Positions 18,589 to 27,868 of a stretch of 64,000 nt of DNA are shown piece after piece. The notes under the pieces are model-generated. The model was not told where the DNA came from. It saw only the letters and a program-made list of their open reading frames with translations, and did no database searches. The stretch spans positions 18,589-82,588 of the forward strand of contig JBDOIE010000015.1 of the NCBI GenBank assembly GCA_041082245.1, written 5' to 3'. Every line of letters starts with the position of its first letter. Position 1 is the stretch's first letter. The translations under genes were made by a program, and so were the position numbers. This DNA comes from Chloroflexia bacterium. GTDB lineage: Bacteria > Chloroflexota > Chloroflexia > DTKN01.

Positions 18589-19401
18589 TCACTGACCCCT
18601 GGTGCCGTCGTTGCGGCGGCCCATCCAGGTGGCGATCCGCCCCCAGAACGAGGGCTCCTCGGGGACCGTTAGCGGCACTTCCTCGCCCAGGAGCCGTCGG
18701 GCAATCTGAAGGAACGCCTGGCCGGCCGCGGAACGGTTTTCCAGCACCACCGGCACCCCACGGTTCGTGGACGTCAGGATGTGGGCATCTTCAGGAACAA
18801 TCCCGATGATCGGGATCGCCAGGATCTCGCGGACGTCTTCTACACTCAGCATCTCTCCCCGACGCACCATGCTGACGTTCAGGCGGTTGATGATCAGGCG
18901 GGGTTCCCCTTTCTCTTCGGCCTCGACCAGCCCGATGATCCGATCGGCATCGCGGACGGCCGCAACCTCTGGAGTGGTCACGATCAGCACCTCGTCCGCT
19001 CCTGCAACGGCGTTCTTGAAACCCTGCTCGATGCCCGCAGGGCTGTCGATGAGGATGAAATCGAATTCCCCGCGCAGCTGGCGGCACACCTCGATCATGT
19101 CCGTGGGGCTCACAGCGGTCTTGTCGCGCGTCTGCGCCGCTGGAATCAGGTAGAGATCGGGCAGACGTTTGTCTTTGATCATCGCCTGGCGGAGCCTGCA
19201 ACGACCCTCCACGACGTCCACCAGGTCGTACACGATGCGGTTCTCGAGCCCCATCACGATATCCAGGTTCCGCAGGCCGATGTCCACATCGATGGCCACC
19301 ACGCGCTGTCCCAGCATCGCCAGGGCAGTGCTCAAGTTCGCGGTCGTAGTGGTCTTGCCCACCCCTCCCTTGCCGGAGGTGATCGTGATCACTTGGGCCA
19401 T
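18589..19401 (-). CDS. minD: Septum site-determining ATPase MinD
   Basis: MAQVITITSGKGGVGKTTTTANL deviant Walker A. ATG at 19401 with a GGAGG RBS. The ORF track extends further upstream, but that stretch has no RBS. Confidence 0.9.
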   Translation of the reverse strand: MAQVITITSGKGGVGKTTTTANLSTALAMLGQRVVAIDVDIGLRNLDIVMGLENRIVYDLVDVVEGRCRLRQAMIKDKRLPDLYLIPAAQTRDKTAVSPTDMIEVCRQLRGEFDFILIDSPAGIEQGFKNAVAGADEVLIVTTPEVAAVRDADRIIGLVEAEEKGEPRLIINRLNVSMVRRGEMLSVEDVREILAIPIIGIVPEDAHILTSTNRGVPVVLENRSAAGQAFLQIARRLLGEEVPLTVPEEPSFWGRIATWMGRRNDGTRGQ

Positions 19402-19439
19402 ACCTGCCTCCTTCCAGTGCTCAGGCGGACCAGCCCTCC

Positions 19440-20129
19440 TCAGGGCCGCCGGAAGAGATCCCACGGCTCCACGACGATACGGCCGCCCGCGATATACGCA
19501 ACCTCGGGACCCGCGGACGGTACGCCTTCCTCGGGGGGGCGAGCGGCCAGGTTGGCGATTCGGAGCTGCGTCGGCGAAAGGTCGAGCGCACACACGATGG
19601 CTCGCTCGTCTCCGATGGCCCCGGCATGGACGACGCCACGCAGCCGTCCCCAGACCACCACGTCGCCCCCGGCCAGGACTTCGGCGCCCGGATTCACGTC
19701 CCCCAGCACCGTGATCGGCCCATGGTGCCGTACGGCCTGTCCCGAGCGGACCGTGCGCGTGACGAACAGCGCGTCGGAGATCGCGAGCGGACGGGTGCCG
19801 CTTTCCGCGCGTGTGGGGAGCGGCGCGGTCGCGGAAGGGACCGCCCGGACGCCGGCATCCCGAAGGGCGCCGCGCGTCTGACGGTTCAGGGTGCCAACCG
19901 CACGGAGATCCACGCCCCATCGCTGCAGGATCGTGGTCAGCTGGCCCAACTCCTCCGTGCTGAGGGCACGGTTCCCTACATCCACCATCAGTTCGGCGCC
20001 CCGGAAAAAGCTTTCCCCGCGCCGCAGCTGCTCTTCCAGAGCGGCGAGCAACGCTTCCAGCGGCGCTTCCTCGTCCAGGAACAGGCGCAGGCCCGTCCGG
20101 TCACCTTTCAGGCGAACCAGTTCCTCCAT
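19440..20129 (-). CDS. minC: Septum site-determining protein MinC
   Basis: MinC-like N-terminus (MEELVRLKGDRTGLRLFLD) and C-terminal beta-helix repeats. ATG at 20129 with a GAGGGAA RBS; an alternative GTG lies at 20141. Confidence 0.75.
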   Translation of the reverse strand: MEELVRLKGDRTGLRLFLDEEAPLEALLAALEEQLRRGESFFRGAELMVDVGNRALSTEELGQLTTILQRWGVDLRAVGTLNRQTRGALRDAGVRAVPSATAPLPTRAESGTRPLAISDALFVTRTVRSGQAVRHHGPITVLGDVNPGAEVLAGGDVVVWGRLRGVVHAGAIGDERAIVCALDLSPTQLRIANLAARPPEEGVPSAGPEVAYIAGGRIVVEPWDLFRRP

Positions 20130-22272
20130 CGGTTCCCTCACTTGCCGATGCTCCTGACCGTGTGAAGTAGTACTCGATGATATCGGTTACCGCCGGCAGG
20201 GCGATCCGGCTTCCTTGTCCACCGCCCTCCACGACCACCGCGACGGCGATCTGCGGGTCTTCGTAGGGAGCAAAACCGACGAACCACGCGTGGGCCTGCC
20301 GCACGCCCGGCCTCAGGAAAGGCCCGAACTCCGCCGACCCCGTCTTGCCGGCGATCGCGACGCTCGCGTGCGTGCGCGCGTAATCGGTGGCCGATTCGGT
20401 GACTACCCGCCGCATTCCCTGCCGCACTACCGCCAGATAGTCGGGGTCGACCGGCAACTGGTGAATCACCTGCGGGCGGAACTCCTGTACGACCTGTCCC
20501 TGGGCGTCCTGGACGCGCAGCAGTAGCTGTGGGCGGTACAGGGTTCCGCCGTTGGCGATGGCGGCCACGGCGTTGACGAGCTGCAGCGGGGTGACCAGGA
20601 TATTGCCCTGGCCGATGGCCATGTTGTACAGGTCGCCCTGGACCCACGGTTCCCCGAGCGTCTCCTCTTTCCATTCGGGCGTCGGGATCAGTCCCGATGC
20701 CTCACCGGGCAATCCCAGCCCCGTCGGTTCGCCGAATCCGAAGGCGTGAGCGTACCGTACGAACCTCTCGATCCCCAGACCGTCCTCGTACTGCTTGTCG
20801 GGTGTACCACCGGCGATGGTGAAGAAGAAGACGTTACAGGAGTTCCGGATCGCCACATCCACTGTCTGCCAGCCGTGTCCGCTGCGCAGCCAGCAGGGGA
20901 AAACCTGTGGAGGAAGGTTGGGGTCGTAGCGGTTCGGCACGAGCAACGCTCCGCCGTCGAAGATGCGTGTCTTCGGAGTGATCACCTTTTCCTGGAGCGC
21001 AGCCGAAGCGACCACCAGTTTGAAGGTAGACCCGGGGGGATAGCTCCCGGAGATGGCCCGGTTTAGAAGCGGGTTGCGAGGATCATCCAGCAGGCGCCGG
21101 AACTCTTCCTGCGTGATGCCGCGCGCAAAGAGGTTGTTGTCGTAGGACGGCAAGCTGACCATCGCGAGCACCTGCCCGCTCCGCACGTCCAGGACGACTG
21201 CAACCCCGCTCGTCACCGGGCGGTAGTCCCGCGGCCGCTCCCGCTCTGCCTGGCGGATGTACTGCTCCAGGATCGCCGTGGCTCTTTCCTGGAGGTCCGT
21301 ATCCAGAGTCAGTACGACGTCATAGCCGGGGCGCGGATCCTTGGTCCAGAAAGGAGCGCCGACCGGGCGGCCGCTTGCGTCCACCTGGATTTCCTGCAGC
21401 CCGAGTTCCCCGCGAAGGATCGCCTCGAAGGCACGCTCTGCCCCGAGCTTGCCGATGCGATCGTTCTCGAGGTACCGGACAGGCTGGCCGTTCTTGGGGT
21501 CAGGGTTCTCTGCTGCGAGTTCCTCCGCGCTGATCCTCCCAACGTATCCCACGACGTGTGCCGTCAGGGCACCCGTCGGATAGCGTCTCGATGGCTCGGG
21601 CTGGACATAGATCCCGGGAAGGTCGAGCCGGTGTTCCTCGATGACAAGTGCGACATCGCGCGGCACGTTTTCCGCCAGGGGGACAGGCAGGTAGACGGGG
21701 ACGTGGCTATCGTACAAAACTTGTTCGAGGGACGTGGTGTAAGTCAGGCCGGCCGAGGACGCGATCCGTGTCCGAAGCCACGCCGCATCCGATTCCGTCA
21801 GACGCACGGTTGCGCGGAAGGGTCCCTCGAGGTCCAGAAGCGCTTCCAGATCTCCTCCATAGCCCAGTTCGAGACGCTCGCCCAACCATGCATAGAGCGT
21901 TTCCAGGGCGGTTGGATCGATCTTGCGGGGGTCTACCTCCACTGTCCCTTCGCACCGGAGCAGCGCACATAGCCGGTCGAACAACCGTGTGCGTTCCGCT
22001 TCATCCTCGGGCAAACTATCCACTGTGGCCATGATGGTGAAGCTGGGGACGTTCTCGGCAAGTACCCGCCCCGCGCGGTCAAAGATCCTCCCCCGAATGG
22101 GCAACATGGCCACCGTTCGACGGCGGTTTCCTTCGGCCGCTTCCCGGTAGCGCGCGCCCTCCACGATCTGCAAGTACCAGAGCCGCGTGCCGAGGAGTGC
22201 GAATGCAGCCACCAACAGCAGTCGCAGAAGGATGAAACGCCAGGAAGGCCTGTGTCTCCGCCGTCCGTTCAC
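20101..22272 (-). CDS. mrdA: Penicillin-binding protein 2 (peptidoglycan D,D-transpeptidase, MrdA-type)
   Basis: Contains the transpeptidase signature GSTFK; KTG is partly supported (AIAGKTGSAEF), while SxN was not located. N-terminal TM segment present. Start refined to the GTG at 22272 with a GGGGGAGGAAAG RBS just after the mreD stop; the longer ORF would overlap mreD by 290 nt. Confidence 0.8.
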   Translation of the reverse strand: MNGRRRHRPSWRFILLRLLLVAAFALLGTRLWYLQIVEGARYREAAEGNRRRTVAMLPIRGRIFDRAGRVLAENVPSFTIMATVDSLPEDEAERTRLFDRLCALLRCEGTVEVDPRKIDPTALETLYAWLGERLELGYGGDLEALLDLEGPFRATVRLTESDAAWLRTRIASSAGLTYTTSLEQVLYDSHVPVYLPVPLAENVPRDVALVIEEHRLDLPGIYVQPEPSRRYPTGALTAHVVGYVGRISAEELAAENPDPKNGQPVRYLENDRIGKLGAERAFEAILRGELGLQEIQVDASGRPVGAPFWTKDPRPGYDVVLTLDTDLQERATAILEQYIRQAERERPRDYRPVTSGVAVVLDVRSGQVLAMVSLPSYDNNLFARGITQEEFRRLLDDPRNPLLNRAISGSYPPGSTFKLVVASAALQEKVITPKTRIFDGGALLVPNRYDPNLPPQVFPCWLRSGHGWQTVDVAIRNSCNVFFFTIAGGTPDKQYEDGLGIERFVRYAHAFGFGEPTGLGLPGEASGLIPTPEWKEETLGEPWVQGDLYNMAIGQGNILVTPLQLVNAVAAIANGGTLYRPQLLLRVQDAQGQVVQEFRPQVIHQLPVDPDYLAVVRQGMRRVVTESATDYARTHASVAIAGKTGSAEFGPFLRPGVRQAHAWFVGFAPYEDPQIAVAVVVEGGGQGSRIALPAVTDIIEYYFTRSGASASEGTDGGTGSPER

Positions 22273-22292
22273 GTCGTTCTTTCCTCCCCCGA

Positions 22293-22778
22293 CTACCCGA
22301 TCCGCATCCGGGGCCGGATGCGGCGATCCAACCATTCGCTCAACGCATAGACCAGGGGCATCAAGGCTCCATGGACAAGCGCCAGGGGCAGGACGACGCG
22401 CACCAGGACCTCCGAGTGCCATGGGACACCTGTCAGCACCACCAACAGCAGGTGATAGCCAATTGTCCCAAGGAACGCCGCACCCGCCGGGAAGAGCAGG
22501 TTGCCCCGGTGTAAAGGCGCGACCATCGCTCCCACAGCCGCAACCACAAGGAGGAGCGCCAGCGTGTGGCTGCCCAGCCATCCCGGAGAGAGAAGGTCGA
22601 GGGCCATCCCCCCTACGAAGGCACCGATCGCTCCCTCGCGCAGGCCGCGGACAACGGTCCAGGCGACCACGCCCAGGAAAAGTAGGTCCGGCCTGGCCCC
22701 GAGCAACGGTATTTTGGGCATCGCGGCGGACTGCACGAACGCCAGCAGAACCAGAACGACCAGCAACCCAATGCGCAC
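22293..22778 (-). CDS. mreD: Rod shape-determining protein MreD
   Basis: 161-aa polytopic membrane protein, located between mreC and the PBP2 gene. Confidence 0.7.
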   Translation of the reverse strand: MRIGLLVVLVLLAFVQSAAMPKIPLLGARPDLLFLGVVAWTVVRGLREGAIGAFVGGMALDLLSPGWLGSHTLALLLVVAAVGAMVAPLHRGNLLFPAGAAFLGTIGYHLLLVVLTGVPWHSEVLVRVVLPLALVHGALMPLVYALSEWLDRRIRPRMRIG

Positions 22779-22782
22779 GAGG

Positions 22783-23616
22783 CTACCTCGTCCCCAGGAC
22801 GATCATCACCCGCTCGAGGTGGTCCAGGTCGACTGCCGGGATCAGCTCCAGCTCCTGGTGGAGGTCGGCGGTCTTGATAACCCGGAGGACCTGGCCGATC
22901 GGCAGTCCGGCCGGGAAAGCATCTTCCTGGAACGGCGGGAGCTGGAGTCCGGATGTCAGCACCCAGTCCCCCTCGCTGACGCGGGCCTCCAGCGGCACGA
23001 AACGCATCCGCAGCCGGCTTCCGGCCTGCCAGCGTCCCTCGACCAGACCGGTCGGTCGGTCCGGGTTTTGGATGACCGCGCTCACTGCGCTGGCGACGTC
23101 GGTAATGAGTAACACATCGGCCGAGTTGCCGTACACCCGGAGGACGCGCCCCACAAGTCCTGCCGGGGCGATGACGGCCATCCCTTCGCGTACAGCTAGC
23201 TGTCGTCCGTCCGGCGGCGACCACACGACCCGGATCGTTTGTTGTAACCCGCTCGGGTCACGGCCGATCACCTCCGCATAGAGGAGCAGCAGATCCGGAT
23301 AGCGCTCCCGCACGCCGAGGAGCCGCCGCAGCTGCTCGTTTTCGCGCTGGATCTCCTGAAAGCGGCGGTTCTCCTGAGTCAGATAGGCGATCGTTTCTTT
23401 CAGCTGTTCGTTTTCTTCCTGGAGTTCCGCCGCCTTCTGCCACCGTTCCCACAGCCGGCTGAGCTCGGTCGAACTGCCCTCAAGGCCGCGCTGAAGGGGC
23501 GCCGTGGCCCAGTTCCACGCGGCCCTTGTCCACCCCAATCCCACGAGGCGGTCGGCCACCAGGAAGCCTACCGCCAGGATCGTCAGGATGAGGAACGTTA
23601 GGCCGGTCTTGCGCAC
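22783..23616 (-). CDS. mreC: Rod shape-determining protein MreC
   Basis: N-terminal TM segment, a coiled-coil region (QEENEQLKETIAYLTQENRRFQEIQRENEQLRRLL) and a beta-rich C-terminus. Confidence 0.8.
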   Translation of the reverse strand: MRKTGLTFLILTILAVGFLVADRLVGLGWTRAAWNWATAPLQRGLEGSSTELSRLWERWQKAAELQEENEQLKETIAYLTQENRRFQEIQRENEQLRRLLGVRERYPDLLLLYAEVIGRDPSGLQQTIRVVWSPPDGRQLAVREGMAVIAPAGLVGRVLRVYGNSADVLLITDVASAVSAVIQNPDRPTGLVEGRWQAGSRLRMRFVPLEARVSEGDWVLTSGLQLPPFQEDAFPAGLPIGQVLRVIKTADLHQELELIPAVDLDHLERVMIVLGTR

Positions 23617-23688
23617 AGTTGACTCCCGTCTGGGTCCGACCCACGTTTCGGGGGAACCCGGCGCGCCCCGACGGACGCGGCCGGAGGC

Positions 23689-24762
23689 CTAGGCTGCGGC
23701 AGGGATCGGCCTGAGCCGCTGGCTGGCCAGGATGATCTTGCGGTACCGTTCGAAATCTTCCACAATGGCGCCGCACCCCCGCGCGACACAGGTCATCGGG
23801 TCATCCGCGATGCGCACGGGGATCTTGGTCTCGTGAGCAAGGCGGCGATCCAGGCCCAGGAGCAGAGCCCCACCGCCAGCCAGAACGATGCCGTGCTCCA
23901 TGATGTCCGCCAGGAGTTCTGGCGGCGTTTCCTCCACTGCCGCGCGCACTTCTTCCACGATACGGTTGACCGGGCCCGCGATCCCCTCGCGCAGTTCCAC
24001 GCTGCTGACCTCGACCTCTTTGGGGAGGCCCGTCAACAGGTCCCGGCCCCTGAGGCACACCTTGCGTTCCTCGGCCAAAGGAAAGGCGCTTCCAGCGAGG
24101 ATCTTGGCCCGTTCCGCCATCCGGTCACCGATCAACAGGTTGAACGCCGAGCGCGCAAAGGCGACGATGGCTTCGTCGATCTCGTCGCCCGCCGTACGGA
24201 TGGAGCGGGAGACCACGACGCCGCCCAGCGAGATCACCGCGACCTCGGTCGTGCCGCCGCCGATGTCCACGATCATGTTGCCGGTAGGCTCCGTGATGGG
24301 AAGGCCGGCCCCGATCGCCGCGGCGAGCGGTTCTTCGATCGTGTACGCTTCCCGTGCACCTGCGTGAATGGCCGCATCTTTGGCAGCCCGCTTTTCCACT
24401 TCGGTCACACCGCTCGGTACCCCGATGACGACACGCGGGCTGGGCCGTGGCCATCCGCGGACCCGCTGGTGTGCGCGGTCGATGAAATAACGGAGCATCT
24501 GCTCGACCACATCGAAATCGGCGATCACACCGTCCTTGAGCGGCCGGATCGCGATGATGTTGGCCGGGGTCTTGCCCACCATGGCCTTGGCTTCTTCGCC
24601 TACGGCGAGCACGGCTTTGCTCTTGCGCTCGATCGCCACGACCGAGGGCTCGCCAACCACGATCCCCTTCCCGCGCACGTAGACGAGGGTCGTCGCGGTG
24701 CCCAGGTCGATTCCCAAATCGCGGCTAAAGATCCCCGCGAACGCCGAAATCGGGTTCAGCAT
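23689..24762 (-). CDS. mreB: Rod shape-determining actin-like protein MreB
   Basis: DLGIDLGTATTLVYVRGKGIV and VDIGGGTTEVAV motifs. ATG at 24762 with an AAGGAG RBS. Confidence 0.9.
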   Translation of the reverse strand: MLNPISAFAGIFSRDLGIDLGTATTLVYVRGKGIVVGEPSVVAIERKSKAVLAVGEEAKAMVGKTPANIIAIRPLKDGVIADFDVVEQMLRYFIDRAHQRVRGWPRPSPRVVIGVPSGVTEVEKRAAKDAAIHAGAREAYTIEEPLAAAIGAGLPITEPTGNMIVDIGGGTTEVAVISLGGVVVSRSIRTAGDEIDEAIVAFARSAFNLLIGDRMAERAKILAGSAFPLAEERKVCLRGRDLLTGLPKEVEVSSVELREGIAGPVNRIVEEVRAAVEETPPELLADIMEHGIVLAGGGALLLGLDRRLAHETKIPVRIADDPMTCVARGCGAIVEDFERYRKIILASQRLRPIPAAA

Positions 24763-24803
24763 CTTCTTGCTCCTTGTCCCAGGACTCAAGTCATTGGCAT
24801 TAT

Positions 24804-24832
24804 AGCATAGAAGCGAAAAGTTCGCTTGTCAA
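24804..24832 (-). promoter_or_regulatory. Candidate mreB promoter on the minus strand: TTGACA, 17 bp, TATGCT. A TATAAT hexamer lies 5 nt further downstream.
   Basis: Read directly. Its -35 hexamer overlaps the -35 of the divergent yebC promoter inside the palindromic core TTGTCAA. Confidence 0.35.
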
Positions 24833-24854
24833 AACCGGGGCTTCAGGCTATAAT
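24826..24854 (+). promoter_or_regulatory. Sigma70-like promoter for yebC: TTGTCA, 17 bp, TATAAT
   Basis: Read directly. It is 57 nt upstream of the yebC ATG, which has a GCAGGAGGA RBS. Confidence 0.5.
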
Positions 24855-24910
24855 GATACTTTGGCAGATGGGTAAACGCATACGCGGCGGGACCGCAGGA
24901 GGATAGGACG

Positions 24911-25687
24911 ATGTCCGGGCATTCCAAGTGGGCGCAGATCAAGCGGAAGAAGGGTGTGGCAGATATCCGGCGAGGACAGCTGTTCACCAAACTGGGGCGG
25001 GAGATCATGATCGCAGTGCGCGAGGGCGGGCCAGACCCCGAGGCGAACTTTCGCCTGCGGATGGCGATCGAGCGGGCACGACGCGAGAACATGCCGATGG
25101 AGAACATCCAGCGCGCGATCGACCGAGCAGCTGGCCGCACCGGAGAGGCGGCGGTCGAGGAGGTCATCTACGAAGGGTATGCTCCACACGGCGTTGCGTT
25201 GATCGTGAATGCCGCAACGGACAATCGCAACCGTACTGTGGCCGAGGTACGCAACGTGCTGACCCGCGGCGGCGGAAGCCTGGGCGAGACCGGATGCGTA
25301 TCCTGGTTGTTCGATGTCAAGGCCTACTTCACGATCGAGGTGCCCGGCGAAGACCCCGACGAGGTCCAGGCTGCGGGCGAAGCGATTGCGCTCGACGTGA
25401 TGGACGTGGACGGCGTGCAGGATGTCAAAGTCGAGGGAAACGTCGTCGAGATCTATGCCGATCTGTCGGACCTGAAGCGCGTGCGCGACGCCCTCATCCA
25501 GCGCGGGTATAACGTCACAACGGCTGAAAAGACCTACGTCCCGAAAAGCACGGTTTCGCTCAGCGAGAAAGACACCATCCAGGTACTCAAGTTGCTGGAG
25601 CGGATCGAGGAACTTGACGACGTCCAGAAGACCTACTCCAACCTGGAGATCCCGGACTCTGTCCTTGCGGCGCTGGAGCAGGAATAG
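24911..25687 (+). CDS. yebC: YebC/PmpR-family DNA-binding transcriptional regulator
   Basis: MSGHSKWAQIKRKKGVADIRRGQLFTKLGREI is a near-canonical YebC N-terminus. Confidence 0.85.
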   Translation: MSGHSKWAQIKRKKGVADIRRGQLFTKLGREIMIAVREGGPDPEANFRLRMAIERARRENMPMENIQRAIDRAAGRTGEAAVEEVIYEGYAPHGVALIVNAATDNRNRTVAEVRNVLTRGGGSLGETGCVSWLFDVKAYFTIEVPGEDPDEVQAAGEAIALDVMDVDGVQDVKVEGNVVEIYADLSDLKRVRDALIQRGYNVTTAEKTYVPKSTVSLSEKDTIQVLKLLERIEELDDVQKTYSNLEIPDSVLAALEQE

Positions 25688-25720
25688 CGTACCGGCCGCG
25701 GCTTCAGGGGGTACCCGACC

Positions 25721-26218
25721 ATGCGTGTCCTCGGCCTGGACCCCGGGACCGCTCGCTTGGGGTGGGGAGTCATCGAGGGGGAAGAAGAGCCTCGGCTGGT
25801 CGGCTGCGGAACGTTGACCACACCGGCGAACCTGCCGCTGGCGACTCGCCTGGCGCAGCTCTTTTCGGAGCTCCAGACGATTGTGACGCAGTTTCGTCCG
25901 GAAGCCGCCGCGCTGGAGGAGATCTTTTTCTCGCGGAACGCGCGCACGGCGTTTGCCGTCGGTCAGGCTCGCGGTGCGGCGCTCGTGGCCCTGGCGGTAG
26001 CCGGGATCCCCGTGCACGAGTACACCCCGCTCGAAGTGAAACAGGCAGTCACCGGGTATGGCCGTGCGGAGAAGCACCAGGTGCAGGAGATGGTGCGCGC
26101 GCTGCTGCGCCTGGCCGAACCTCCTCGGCCGGACGATACTGCGGACGCCCTGGCGGTGGCCATCTGCCATTTTCACGCGGCCCGTATGCAACGGCTGCTT
26201 GCTGAGCGAACGGAATGA
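25721..26218 (+). CDS. ruvC: Holliday junction resolvase RuvC
   Basis: MRVLGLDPGTARLGWGVIE plus conserved acidic catalytic residues. Sits in the typical yebC-ruvC arrangement. Confidence 0.85.
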   Translation: MRVLGLDPGTARLGWGVIEGEEEPRLVGCGTLTTPANLPLATRLAQLFSELQTIVTQFRPEAAALEEIFFSRNARTAFAVGQARGAALVALAVAGIPVHEYTPLEVKQAVTGYGRAEKHQVQEMVRALLRLAEPPRPDDTADALAVAICHFHAARMQRLLAERTE

Positions 26219-26320
26219 TTCCCCTCTGGCCTCGGCCACAGGCCGGGCCGTTTGCTGTGTTCCTCGTGTTATCTCTCCGGGCTGCGATCGAGCAAGACTT
26301 GGACGCGCAGGGGGTAATGG

Positions 26321-27868
26321 ATGAAGACGCTGAGCATCCTGAACGATGTCCTGGGCCCTGTGATGCGCGGTCCTTCCTCCTCCCACACGGCAGGGTCGTT
26401 CCACATCGGCCGGCTCGCGCGTTGCCTCTACGGCGTGACTCCGGAGAAGGCCGTCATCCGTTTCGATCCGGACGGGTCCTACGCCCGTGTCTACCGGGAC
26501 CAGGGGAGCGACCTCGGGTTCGTGGCAGGGCTGCTGGGCTGGGAGATCACGGACGACCGTTTCTCGCGGGCGCTGGAAGCTGCCCAGGCACAGGGGGTGT
26601 CGGTTCACTTCGTGACGGAACCGATTCCCGGGGCGGACCATCCGAACTCCGTGGAGCTGGAGCTATCGGGTGGTGGCAGACCCTCGCTCCGGGTGCTCGC
26701 CCGCTCGATCGGCGGTGGGACGGTGGAGATCGTGCGGCTGCAGGAGTGGCCCGTATGCCTGAGGGGGAGCGCTTTCGAGCGCATCGCGGAGGCAGAGGAT
26801 CGGGCGGCTGGGGCAATTGCAGAGCTACTTGGCGCGGACGCTCTGGCTGCCCCGGAGCAGCAGAGCAAGGATGGCAGAACACTGCTCCGTGTGGCTGCGG
26901 CCCGCCCGCTTTCGGACGACGAGGAGCGCGCGCTGCAGCGGCTGGCCGGCGTACGGCGGGTGTGGACAGCGCCCCCGCTGGGGTATGTGGTGCGCGGCCG
27001 GCCGCTCTTCTCCAGTGCCGCCGAGATGGAGGCCTATGCGTGCGAACAAGGCATTTCGCTGGGCGAGGCCGCGCTTCGCTATGAAGCCGCATTGCTCGGG
27101 GTTGACGAAGACACGGTGCTGGAGGAAGCCGAGCGGCGGCTGAGCATCATGCAGTCCGCGGTGGAACGAGGACTTGCGGAAGAGGTTTCACCGCAGTTGC
27201 TTACGCCCTGCGCGGGCAAGATCTACCGCGCGGAAGCGGCAGGATGCCTCCCCGGTGGCGGGCTACATACGCGCGCTGCGGCACGCGCGATGGCCGTCAT
27301 GCACGTGAGCAGCTCGATGGGCGTGATCTGCGCAGCGCCGACGGCAGGGTCTTCCGGGGTAATCCCCGGCGTGCTCGTGACGCTGATCGCAGAGCGCGGG
27401 TTGGAGCGGCGACGCGCCGCGCTTGCGCTTCTTGCAGCAGGTGCAGTGGGCCTCGCGATCGGCGCACGGGCGACTTTCGCCGCCGAGGAGGCCGGATGCC
27501 AGGTGGAGATCGGGGCCTCGGGGGCAATGGCCGCTGCGGCGGTGGTAGAGGCCGCAGGCGGCACGCCGCGACAGGCCCTCGACGCTGCCGCGATCGGGCT
27601 CCAGAACACCATGGGCTCGGTGTGCGACCCGGTGCAGGGGGTCGTGGAGATCCCCTGCCATACGCGGAACGCCGCCGCCGCGGCAGCCGCCTTCCTGTGT
27701 GCGGACCTGATCCTGGGAGGGTACGAGAACCCGGTGCCGCTGGATGAGACGGTGGATGCTGCCTATGCAGTGGGTCGGATGCTGCCCCGAGAGCTGCGCT
27801 GCACGGCTTTGGGAGGGCTCTCCCTCGCTCCGTCGGCGCAGCGGTTGCCCCGGCGTGGCCGCACCTAA
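26321..27868 (+). CDS. sdaA: L-serine dehydratase (iron-sulfur dependent, fused beta+alpha type)
   Basis: GPSSSHTAGSFHIGRLA N-terminal signature. The 515-aa length is consistent with the fused form. Confidence 0.75.
   Translation: MKTLSILNDVLGPVMRGPSSSHTAGSFHIGRLARCLYGVTPEKAVIRFDPDGSYARVYRDQGSDLGFVAGLLGWEITDDRFSRALEAAQAQGVSVHFVTEPIPGADHPNSVELELSGGGRPSLRVLARSIGGGTVEIVRLQEWPVCLRGSAFERIAEAEDRAAGAIAELLGADALAAPEQQSKDGRTLLRVAAARPLSDDEERALQRLAGVRRVWTAPPLGYVVRGRPLFSSAAEMEAYACEQGISLGEAALRYEAALLGVDEDTVLEEAERRLSIMQSAVERGLAEEVSPQLLTPCAGKIYRAEAAGCLPGGGLHTRAAARAMAVMHVSSSMGVICAAPTAGSSGVIPGVLVTLIAERGLERRRAALALLAAGAVGLAIGARATFAAEEAGCQVEIGASGAMAAAAVVEAAGGTPRQALDAAAIGLQNTMGSVCDPVQGVVEIPCHTRNAAAAAAAFLCADLILGGYENPVPLDETVDAAYAVGRMLPRELRCTALGGLSLAPSAQRLPRRGRT

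Noticed and set aside
20129-20141. A longer MinC start (GTG at 20141, MREPMEEL...).
   Set aside because: The internal ATG at 20129 has a GAGGGAA RBS and gives a canonical MinC N-terminus. The GTG has no RBS and deepens the overlap with the PBP2 gene.
26228-26270. A possible intrinsic terminator after ruvC (GGCCTCGGCC ... GGCCGGGCC followed by a T-rich stretch).
   Set aside because: The stem pairs imperfectly, with mismatches and a 3-nt loop, and the T-tract is interrupted. I did not list it as a feature.
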